Source: Rhodoferax sp.
GTDB lineage: Bacteria; Pseudomonadota; Gammaproteobacteria; Burkholderiales; Burkholderiaceae_C
DNA: 64,000 bases
Assembly: GCF_013791765.1 (NCBI RefSeq)
Contig: NZ_VMTC01000112.1
Direction: 5' to 3' (one strand)
The translations under genes were made by a program, and so were the position numbers. The notes below the pieces were generated by a model. It saw only the letters and a program-made list of their open reading frames with translations, was not told where the DNA came from and did no database searches. Shown here one piece after another: positions 49,830 through 59,500 of this stretch (position 1 is the stretch's first letter; the number at the start of each line of letters is the position of its first letter).

Positions 49830-50681
49830 TCAGCGCATTGGGTTTGGAAAGATCAGCCCATGCAAGCCACCCTTGTGGGCAAACGGTTGCCACTGACCTT
49901 CAGCCTGCGCCAACCGGTCAGCCACGGCCCACCACGCGCTGGGGTTGAGGCCGAGCCCGACATGGCTGGCAATCACTTCAATGTTTTCAGTCAGCAGATT
50001 GATCTTGCAAGGTGCCTGGATGCTGGCGGGCCATGCGACGATGCCATCGGTGCGGGAGAAGATGGAACTGGTCGGCACCGGGGGCGCCCCCGGCAAATCA
50101 AACTGTTCCACCTCGCGGTGAATGTCGCGCCCGCTCACGAGTTGGTACAAGTGCCAGGCGTTGGTGCTTTCATGTGACCCGGCAAACGGCGTGCCCAGTG
50201 TGATGACATCACGCACATAGTCGGGCAGTTCCTTGGCGATTTCCCGGGCGTAGATGCCGCCCAGGCTCCAGCCGACCAGACTCACTTTGTGGCCCGTCAC
50301 CTGGCAGGTGTCGATGACTTGTTGCTTGGCGGCTTGCAGCACGCCCGCGCGGGGGCCGAAGTTGGAGCCTTGGTTCCAGCCCGAGACGTCGTGCCCCAGT
50401 TTTTCCAGAAAGCTGCGCATCGGCAAGGTGGACGAGTCACTGGCCGAGAGGCCCGGAAACACAATCACCGAGTGCCCGTCGCCGGTTGGCGCTTTGCGCA
50501 AGAAGGGCCAGGCGGGCAGAACAGCCCCCAATTCCCAAAAAGCGCGAAATTCAAGCGCCATCAGCCAAGCGCTGGGCGCTCCTTGCGCTGGGCTGTTGTC
50601 AGCAGGGGATTTGAGGACGCGTTTGCTTGCCATGTTCGGGATCGGGTTGCTGTTGGGGTCTGACTCAATTCGGGTTTTCAA
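49830..50681 (-). CDS. Alpha/beta-fold hydrolase (esterase/lipase-like), about 267-283 aa
   Basis: GWSLGG nucleophile elbow with a downstream Asp/His-containing region. The start is uncertain (50681 or ATG 50633). Confidence 0.7.
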   Translation of the reverse strand: MKTRIESDPNSNPIPNMASKRVLKSPADNSPAQGAPSAWLMALEFRAFWELGAVLPAWPFLRKAPTGDGHSVIVFPGLSASDSSTLPMRSFLEKLGHDVSGWNQGSNFGPRAGVLQAAKQQVIDTCQVTGHKVSLVGWSLGGIYAREIAKELPDYVRDVITLGTPFAGSHESTNAWHLYQLVSGRDIHREVEQFDLPGAPPVPTSSIFSRTDGIVAWPASIQAPCKINLLTENIEVIASHVGLGLNPSAWWAVADRLAQAEGQWQPFAHKGGLHGLIFPNPMR

Positions 50682-50766
50682 CTCGAATCACCTGAATCTG
50701 AACACTAGCAGCTTTGATGAGCTCCCGTGTGCGGTTGATCGAGTTTTAAGAACATGATTCCCGCGT

Positions 50767-52281
50767 TCATGTCGCTTTCGTGACTGCGCTTGCGGCTTGA
50801 ACCGCATTTTGGCGAGCGCTTCTCTTTTTGCGTGGCCCTGCGGGTGCCTCGACCATCAAACTGCGCCCTTCTGCAAAGGCCCGGGTCAATGCATCGGTCA
50901 ATTCATGGACTTGCGCGAGCGCCTGTTTGTCGGCAATGACGCCAAAGTCCACGGAGCCGGCGTAAGTCTGGATCGTGATGTTGAGCGCGACACCATGGAT
51001 GACGATGGACATTGGATGATTGGTGAGCATTCTGGCGCCCGCCATGTACAAAGGCACTTGCGGGCCAGGCACGTTGCTGATGACCAGGTTGGCCAGCATC
51101 GGCAAGCGGTGCGACAGACCGGTGGCGCTGTACGCCTTGAAGGCTGCTTTTGCAATGCCGCCGACGATCCACGGTGCCAGCAGGGACGGGTAATCGGTGG
51201 GGAGAACCCCTTTGAGATCGACCATCGCGGTCTTGACCTTGCCAGTAGACGCCATGATGGCCCTCAGGCGCTTCATCGGGTCGGTAAATTGCGTGCCGAG
51301 TTCCACCACCGTCATCGAGGCCTGCGTATTGAGCTCTTGATTGCCCTCGGCGCGCAGGCTGATTGGCATGGCGGCCAGCAATGATTTTTTTGGTATGCCA
51401 CCGTGTTGCGCCAAGTAAGTTCGCAGCGCAGTGGCGCAAATCCACAAAACAATGTCATTGAATGATCCTCCGACGGCTTTGGCCATGGCGCGGCAGTCGA
51501 CAAAGGGCAGACTGACCGTGCCGAAGCTGCGTTCGCGCGTGACTGCCACGTTGAAATCGGTCATGGGCGCGAGACGCAGGGGTGACTTTGGTTTCTTGCT
51601 CGCGCCAGAACCACTGAAAGATTGCTTGACCACCGTGCTGCCCAAGGCGCGTGCCGCTTGGGGAATGGCCTTGATCAGACTGACGTATTGCGCCAGGGAA
51701 TTGGAAAAAACCGCGCCTATCATTTGCCCCATATTGGGTGCGTGTTGACTGCTCTTATCGGGACTCGGGGTCGCAGGGGGCACGTCCCGTGGCGTTGCCT
51801 GCATGTCCATGATGGCCTGGGTCAGCGCGGTGCCTGCCTTGCCGTCTAATGCCGCGTGGTGGACCTTGGAATACACGCCCGCGCACAGGCTACCATCCGG
51901 TCGCTTGATGCGCTCAAACACATGGAATTCCCACAGCGGGTGATCGCGATCCATCAGTTGTGCGTGCAACTCAGCGCAGACGGCCTCGGCCTGGCGCACT
52001 GTCAAACTCTTTCTTTTGACCTGTCGAACATGAAACTCCAGGTCAACATCATCAACCTCAACCCACATGGGGTGCCCCAAGTCCAGCGGCATGAAGCCGA
52101 GCTTATGGTTGAAGATGGTCGCCAGATGCAGACGCTGCGCAATATGTGCTTTAAGCGCCTTGTGCAAGCTGCCTTTGAAGCCCTCTGGCAACTCATAAAG
52201 ACAAAACGAACCCACGTGCATGGGCATTTCGGGTGTCTCAAGGTAGAGGAAAGAGGCGTCAAGGCCGCTGAGCGTGTTCAT
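50767..52281 (-). CDS. Wax ester synthase/diacylglycerol acyltransferase (WS/DGAT) family, 504 aa
   Basis: N-terminal DASFLYLETPEMPMHVG and the catalytic HHAALDG (HHxxxDG) motif. Confidence 0.88.
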   Translation of the reverse strand: MNTLSGLDASFLYLETPEMPMHVGSFCLYELPEGFKGSLHKALKAHIAQRLHLATIFNHKLGFMPLDLGHPMWVEVDDVDLEFHVRQVKRKSLTVRQAEAVCAELHAQLMDRDHPLWEFHVFERIKRPDGSLCAGVYSKVHHAALDGKAGTALTQAIMDMQATPRDVPPATPSPDKSSQHAPNMGQMIGAVFSNSLAQYVSLIKAIPQAARALGSTVVKQSFSGSGASKKPKSPLRLAPMTDFNVAVTRERSFGTVSLPFVDCRAMAKAVGGSFNDIVLWICATALRTYLAQHGGIPKKSLLAAMPISLRAEGNQELNTQASMTVVELGTQFTDPMKRLRAIMASTGKVKTAMVDLKGVLPTDYPSLLAPWIVGGIAKAAFKAYSATGLSHRLPMLANLVISNVPGPQVPLYMAGARMLTNHPMSIVIHGVALNITIQTYAGSVDFGVIADKQALAQVHELTDALTRAFAEGRSLMVEAPAGPRKKRSARQNAVQAASAVTKAT

Positions 52282-52392
52282 GGTTCATCTCCATTTTTGT
52301 GGATAACGCCGCTTGGAGCGCTGCGCGATCGGGGCTGGTGTTGCCCGTGTATCATGCCCTACCGAACCACCCGCCGTAAAGGAATCGAAGCC

Positions 52393-52911
52393 ATGGAAAC
52401 GATGCAAAAGAAGCCCGCCAACACCTTTCAGTCGGGCACCCCTGTCGCCAAAACCGTGGTCGATGGCGGTCAATACCTCACGCTACGCCTCGGTGGTGAA
52501 GAATACGCCATCGATATCCTGCGCGTGCAGGAAATTCGCTCTTATGAAGAACCCACCCGTATGGTCAATGCGCCCTCTTTCATCAAGGGTGTGGTTAATC
52601 TGCGTGGCGTCATTGTGCCGATTGTCGATTTGCGCCTGAAGCTCAATATCGACAAGGTCGAGTACAACGAATTCACGGTGGTCATCATCTTGAATGTGCG
52701 TGGTACCGTCATCGGCGCTGTGGTGGACTCGGTTTCGGATGTGGTCACTTTGACCTCGCAGTCCATCAAGCCTGCACCCCAGTTCGACACCGCCATTGAC
52801 TCCCGCTTCATTACCGGCCTGGCTAATATTGGCGATCGCATGCTGATTGTGATGAACATGGAAGCATTGATGAGCAATGCCGAGATGGGCATGCTGGCGG
52901 CTGTCGCCTGA
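52393..52911 (+). CDS. cheW: Chemotaxis coupling protein CheW, 172 aa (orphan)
   Basis: ATG 52393. QYLTLRLGGEEYAIDILRVQEIR...IKGVVNLRGVIVPIVDLR. The track ORF 51856.. is an upstream antisense-run extension. Confidence 0.88.
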   Translation: METMQKKPANTFQSGTPVAKTVVDGGQYLTLRLGGEEYAIDILRVQEIRSYEEPTRMVNAPSFIKGVVNLRGVIVPIVDLRLKLNIDKVEYNEFTVVIILNVRGTVIGAVVDSVSDVVTLTSQSIKPAPQFDTAIDSRFITGLANIGDRMLIVMNMEALMSNAEMGMLAAVA

Positions 52912-52963
52912 GCCAGGTTGCCTCATTTGAGTTGATTTATGGCGTGCTACAATTCACGCTTTC

Positions 52964-53040
52964 GCGGCTGTAGCTCAGTTGGATAGAGTACTTGGCTACG
53001 AACCAAGGGGTCGTGGGTTCAATTCCTGCCAGCCGCACCA
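52964..53040 (+). tRNA. tRNA-Arg (anticodon ACG), 77 nt with encoded CCA
   Basis: GCGGCTGTAGCTCAGTTGGATAGAGTACTTGGCTACGAACCAAGGGGTCGTGGGTTCAATTCCTGCCAGCCGCACCA. Acceptor stem GCGGCTG/CAGCCGC, anticodon loop CTACGAA. Confidence 0.93.
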
Positions 53041-53050
53041 GTAAAGACAA

Positions 53051-53084
53051 GGGTTAGTACGTTAGCGCGTACTAACCCTTTTGT
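53051..53084 (+). terminator. Rho-independent terminator after tRNA-Arg
   Basis: GGGTTAGTACG-TTAGCG-CGTACTAACCC is an 11-bp stem followed by TTTTGT. Confidence 0.75.
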
Positions 53085-53407
53085 CCGTCTAAGACCCAGA
53101 CCTGACTCGGCGTCAATGCAGTGTCTAGAAGTCGGGCCGGCCGTGGGGGTTGGTGCGTGATTTATGAGCACTGCAGCAGAAACGGTGCTCCGCTTGCTCA
53201 GTTGACATTCATCGGCGTGTTCTGTGTCACTGGTTCATAAGTGGCACGTCTGGATTGGCTCCGCTTTTGTTTCAAGAACTCGCGTCAGTAGCCTCCATGC
53301 CGAGCCTGTGATCTTCTTCTTTGAAAAGCAGCTCCTTCGACGAAAATGCCTTTTGGATTGAGCGACAAAGGAGTCAAGAGTTTGTTGTGATCTCTTGCAA
53401 CCCATTC

Positions 53408-53424
53408 GCTGAATTCAATTCAGC
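53408..53424. promoter_or_regulatory. Perfect 17-bp palindrome in the AT-rich leader of the giant gene (possible operator)
   Basis: GCTGAATT-C-AATTCAGC, about 140 nt upstream of ATG 53563. No cognate regulator is identifiable. Confidence 0.2.
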
Positions 53425-53562
53425 CAAGCTTCTATACACCTTTTTTCATTTTTTGTCTTTGATGGCACTCCTGGGCAATAGCAGGTATTATTCACAATTG
53501 CGACAATTTGTATCTTTTCGCGGTGAAAAAATAATGTTGTTGAGCAATTGAGGGGTAAAGAC

Positions 53563-56500
53563 ATGAAGGCAGTAAAAAGAACCGTGGCTTCGCGAATTCG
53601 TGATGCGTTGCGTCGTGATGCGTTTCGGATTGAGCCTTTGGAGCCGCGTGTCTTGCTTTCGGCAGACCCTATCTTTGCGCCAATGATGGCAGTGCTGGCG
53701 CCAGATCGCACTGATATCCAAAGTATCACCGAAGCCTACGCTGCAGCGCAAGCCTCAAGTAGCCCGTCCATCTCCGTGCCGTTGATGGCCCGCCTGCTCT
53801 CCAGTCCTGCCGCCAATAGCTCGGCACAGACATTTGCAGTGGATGCGGTCTTGTTTGACTTGGGGCAAATGTCTTTGCAAGCGGGTTTTTTGGATACGTC
53901 TTTGCGCGTTGCTGCCAATGAGGTGTTGGGTGGTAGCGGTTCGTTTAACGTTGATTTATTTAATACTGGATTGGTCAGTCCCGGATACTCCCCCGGCGTG
54001 CAAGACGTTGCTAGTTTCACCCAAGATGCCAGTGGAACGCTGCTGATTGAGCTTGGTGGAAGCACGGCGGGCACTGGCGACGGCCATTACGATCAAATTA
54101 ACATCAGTGGCGCCGCTGTTTTGGGCGGGACTTTGAATGTGGCGTTGTATGGCGGGTACAAGCCGCAAGATGGAGAAACGTTCACCGTCATGAACTACGG
54201 TTCTGTTACCGGTAAGTTTGACGTGGGTTCTGGCTTGCTTAAGACAGGCGATGGCTTGTTCTTTGAGGTCACTCAGGGTGCGACCAGTCTGGTCTTAACT
54301 GCGCACACCATAGATCCGTCACTTGGCTATGTGCTGGACGTGCTGGACGGTGAGCCGTCTGACCAGATCGGGCAGTGGCTCAACTTCAACTATTTTCAGG
54401 ATATTGCCCCGGTTGCCTTCGCCGGTAGTCTCAATCTGGGTGGCAATCTTACGGCCCAAGGCCAATTCACCCTGGCCTATAACGCCGATGAGAGTTTCAC
54501 GCCAATCGGCGGCAGCGCACTGAACACGAATGTCTGGAGCCTGAGCGCAAGCAATGTTGATGCATTTTTGGGAGTTTCCGGTCAAGGCCTGGCACTCGGT
54601 GGTCTGGACCTAAATCTGGCTTTTGTGCAGGTTGACACTGCGGGTTATGGCTGGGTCTTGGGCCAGGGACTCATCGACACGGCAACTGTCAGTGGCTTGA
54701 CCGGGGTGAGCCTGCAAGGGACCAACCTTGCGCTAGACATCAACTGGGGCTATGGCAATTTGCCAAGCGGCGGCGCTAACAGTTCGTTGCTGGACCTGAG
54801 CTTGAGCCCTATTACAGTGGGCAGCGCCACCTTCAATTCGAACGGCGCGACCGGCCCCTACTTGTTGGCCTCCGGCACACTGGCGGGCTCGGTAGCTGAT
54901 GTCACCCTAAACGCCACGGTGGGGGTGTCGGTGCTGGGCGACTCCTTTGTCATGGCAGGCAAAAACGTCACTGCTAGCCTGGCTGCGGGCGGTGTTGCGG
55001 TGGGTGTCAGCAATGGCGCTTTTGGCTTTTTGGCCGACAGTTCCGGTATGGCGTTTGAAGCAACCGGTGCTTTGGCTTTGACAGGTGGCGGGTTTGCCAG
55101 CGTCAGTGCCGATGCCGTCAGAGTGGTCATCAACCGCACAGGTACCTTGCAGACCGGGCGCGTGCTCAGCTTTGCCGGCGACTACAGCTACACCTTCGCA
55201 GACGTAGTCGCCTCCAGTGGCTTGCAGGCTGTTGGAGTTGTCGGTTTGCAGGCATCACTGGGCGCGGGCTTGAACGTCAGCGGCAATTTTTCGTTTGAAA
55301 AGGACGGCAGCACCAACACCATGCGCGTGGTCGCCCAGGGCGCATCAGCCCAGGTGGCGGCAGGCAGTTTCAAGGTTGGTGTACAGCATGCCAATTTAGG
55401 GCTGACCATCTCCGCAGCGGGTCGCGTACTGGAAGCCAGCGGCGCTATTAGTGCCAATTTGGGCGAAGAAATGACGCTTTCCGCCAGCCAGGTGACGCTG
55501 CGTTTGAACGAAACCACCGATGACGCAAGCGGCGCTGTCATTTCAGCTGCAGGCCAGAGCTACACTTTTAGCAGCGCGATGCAGGCAGGCATGCATGAGT
55601 TGTCCATCGTCGGCGGAGAGCTGTCGTTGGCCGGTTTTGTTCAGGCATCTGGTTCGCTGGCGGTACGCTGGGCGGGGCAGCCTGCTAGCCTTAGTCTGGC
55701 TGACGGTACCACACGCTCGGTCAACCAAATTTGGGTTGCTGGCACTGGCTTGGCGGCCGCTGTTGGCCTGAATGCCGGCAAGCCCGAATTTGTGGGTTTC
55801 AGCGCGACGGGGCTTGAGTTCGTGCTCGGCCTGTTTTCAGACACTGCCAACACTGCAAATCAATGGACCAGCCTGTCAGGCACCATGGGTGGTTCAAAGC
55901 TTTCCGGATTGACCGGCGTTACCCTGGCCGCCAATGCGCTGGCCTTGACCTACAACTCCGCTTCCAGTGGCCAACGCGTGGCGGATTTCACGGGTAGCAA
56001 TGCCAAGGGCATCACCTTAGCCGGCAAGACCTTGAATTTGTCTGCCGATGGCAGCAAAGGTGAACTGTTGCAGGCCAGTGGACAACTCAATCTTGATTTA
56101 CTCGGATTTGTTCAAGTCAGCGGTGATTTTGCGTTGGAGAGCAAGACGCAGGCTGTGACACTGGCCGACGGCAGTGATGTGACCACGCAAATGCTGACCA
56201 TTGGCGCTAAGGGTGTGGCCGCTTTCGTTGGTCTGAATGGTGGTCAAACGGAAGAAATGGGCTTGCGTGTCAGCGATGCTGAGTTTGGTTTTGTTGTCGC
56301 TAGCGACCAAGCAGACCCCGCGCGTCGTTGGGTCAGCCTGCAGGCGGTGGCTACTGCTGCCAGCATGCAGGGTGTCAGCGGTCTGAAGATGACTGCCTCG
56401 GATCTGCTCGTCAGTGTGAATCGGGCGGCTACCGATGGCTCGGTCATTGACTACCAGGCTGCGCCTTTGGGTGTGGTTACGGATAGTGGCGGGACCGAGT

Positions 56501-59500
56501 TGCTCCTGGACATGGACGGCAGCAAGGGCGCACTTACTCAGGTGCAAGTGGGCCGCGCCACGTTGGCCGTGTCTGACTATATTTATGTTAGTGGTGGCTT
56601 CTACATGGAAATGGCTGACACCATTGCGGTAGATGTAGCAACCGGTTTACCAGCCACTTACCCTGCCGGCATGAATGCGGCTTTGCAGACCGGTTTGGGC
56701 AAGGTGGACGGCTTGTCGGCTGACCACAGCCGGATTGAAGATTTGCAGGTTAAACCACTGACGCTGAGCTTTACCGATGTGGATGTGTTTGCGGGCATCG
56801 GGCCCTACTTCGTTGATGCCAACGGCAATGGACTCATGGATGTCGGCGAAGTCGTCAACCCGGACCGCATGGGCATCACGCTGGACAACATTGATCTGGC
56901 CCTGGTTCTGATGGACTCGACCCTGCTGGCCGACCCTGACTCCGTCATACCCAAGTTTTACGCCCTGCAGCTGGACTGGAAAACGCCCTTGGATGTGGAT
57001 TGGGACTACTTCAAGTTCCAGATTGATGACTTGCAAGTGCAGGCCAACCAAGGTGGCCAATGGAAAGGTGCGCCCACGCTTTCCACGCCGTACATCGACT
57101 TCGCGAGCAGCTTTGGTGCTACCGGCTATGAGATACCGACTTCGGGCGACTCCGTTTTTCTCAACTACGACAAGTCTTTTGTTGGCGTCTCGATTGGCCA
57201 CGCATTACTCAATGTGGGTAACTTCTTCCAGGTTGAGGGCAGCTTTGCTCTGGAGAAGGTCGGTGGCCAGAAGGTCGACGTGGTCACTGGATTGCCCAGC
57301 AACCTCACCGGCAGTCCGGCCGCGAGCTTGGCCTCCGAACTGACAGCACTCAAACAAAAGGGTTACCTGTCTGCGAATAATGCATTGCTAAGCGACTTGC
57401 CGGTGGACATGCTCACCATTGGCGCATCGGACGTGACCATCACCATTGGCAATCCCGGCGACCCGCTGCTCGTGCTTGACAATATTGATGTGGCCTTCAG
57501 CACCATGAAGGCCACCGCAGATGCCGACCCGAGCCGAATCATTCCGCGTTTGTATGGCGCCAAGGCTTTCTGGGCCACACCGCTGGATGTGGACTGGGGT
57601 TTCATGCAACTCAAGGTTGACGACCTTCAAGTGCAAATGAACAAGGGTGCCAATTGGCAAGGCACTCAGTTATCGCCTTACCTTGACTATCAGTCGAGCT
57701 TTGGCCCGAGCGGCCTTAACGTAGCCACGGGTGGCGCCCCGATTTCCCTGGACTTCAACCGCTCCATGTTTGGCGTGTCGGTGGGCCATGCCCTGGTCAA
57801 GATTGATGACTTTTTTCACCTGGAAGGTGGCTTTGCCATTGAGAAGTCCAGCAGCGTTCAGGTCGACATTGCCACCGGTTTCAATAGCCGCCTGGAAGGC
57901 GGAACTGCGCTCAATTCGTTGGTCGGCAAGGGGCTTTCCGTAGACGGTACCCGAATTGACGATCTGACGATGAATGCCGTTACGCTGGGCTTTTCCAATG
58001 TCAAGCTATTTGCTGGGTCTGGTCCCTATTTTGTCGATAGCAATGATGACGGTGTCAGTGATAGCACCAGCTCGGATGCCGTCGGATTGGTGGTAGAGAA
58101 CCTCGACCTCGGCCTTGTAATTTACACCGCAGCCGATGCCTCGGTCACCTTACCCAAGCTTTGGGCGCTCAAAGCAACAGCGGATCAAGCGGCCTTTGTT
58201 GGCGTTGACTTTCTGACGCTCAGCGCCGAAGGTGTCACCGTGGTTGCGAATCAGGGAGCGCTCTGGAGTGGGAGTACGGTCAAGCCCTACGTGGATTTTG
58301 CGAGTACTTACGGGGCTGATGGCCTGTCGATTTCCACCGGCGGTGACCCCATGGCCCTGGCCTACCAGAGTGGCTACTTTGGTGTGCAAGTGGCCAAGGC
58401 GACTTTGCGGATCGATGAATTTGTCTATGTCCAGGGCGCCTTCAGTTTCGAAAAAGGCCAGCGCCAGCGCGTCACGGTCGATACCGGCATCACCGTGACT
58501 GATATTGGTATGGCGGCCACCATCGCCAGTCTGTCCACTTCCGCGGGTCAAGGGGCTGTGGTGTCGGCCGATTGGTCCACTGTGTCCAATCTGGAAGTCG
58601 AGGCCATGACCTTTGGCATGAATAATGTCAACGTTTTTGTTGGCTATGGCGTGCCTGATTTTGACTCAGTCAAACCGGTTAAAGACCAGGCTGGCGTGTT
58701 CGGAGTGGCCATCAAAGACGTGGATTTGGCCTTGGCCATTCTCACCCCTACCGCCAAATCACTCAACTTGCCAAAATTTACTGCACTCAAAGCGACCGCC
58801 AGTGAATTCGTGGTGGCCGGCGGTGAAGGTATTTTTGAGTTGTCTGGCAATGACATTGCAGTGAACCTGAACTGGGGTTCAGCCTGGCAAGCCGCCCCGG
58901 CCAAGCGTGCCACCGTCGATTTTGTGGAAAGCTTTGGTGCGGGTGGTTTGCTCGTGCCTACGGGTGCAACCCCGATGGCTTTGAATTTCACCGAGACACT
59001 GATAGAAGCCAAGGTATCGAGCGCCTTGTTGGCCATTTCGGAATTTGTTCACGTATCGGGCGACTTTTCGTTCCGCAAGAGCGGCACCACCGAGACCACT
59101 GTCAAGCAGGGGCTTAACAGTATTGCGGGCGTCAAGGTCAACGCCATTGACATCGGCGCCAACAATGTTCACGCGTTTGTCGGTTTGAATGGCCCCACCA
59201 GTGATGTCAACCTTGACGGTGTCATCAATACCGACGACTTGACCGACCAAGCCATTGGCCTCAAAGTAAACGACTTCGACTTTGGCCTGTCGATATTGGT
59301 CGCCCAGGCAGACATCACCAAGCCCACCATAGCCCAGGGCACAAAATTTACGGCACTCAAAGCCCACGCCAATGACATCGCCTTTGTGGGCTTCGGTGAC
59401 TTTATCGAATTTGATCTTAACGACGTCAGCGTCGCTATCAACCAGGGTAGCGTTGCTGGCATGGTGGCTGACTTCACCCAGGGCGGCTCGGTGGCGGGTC

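Noticed and set aside
53321-53551. 76-aa ORF in the AT-rich leader of the giant gene
   Set aside because: Phe/Ser/Leu-rich translation of AT-rich DNA, with no SD and no family resemblance. It is more plausibly promoter or leader sequence.
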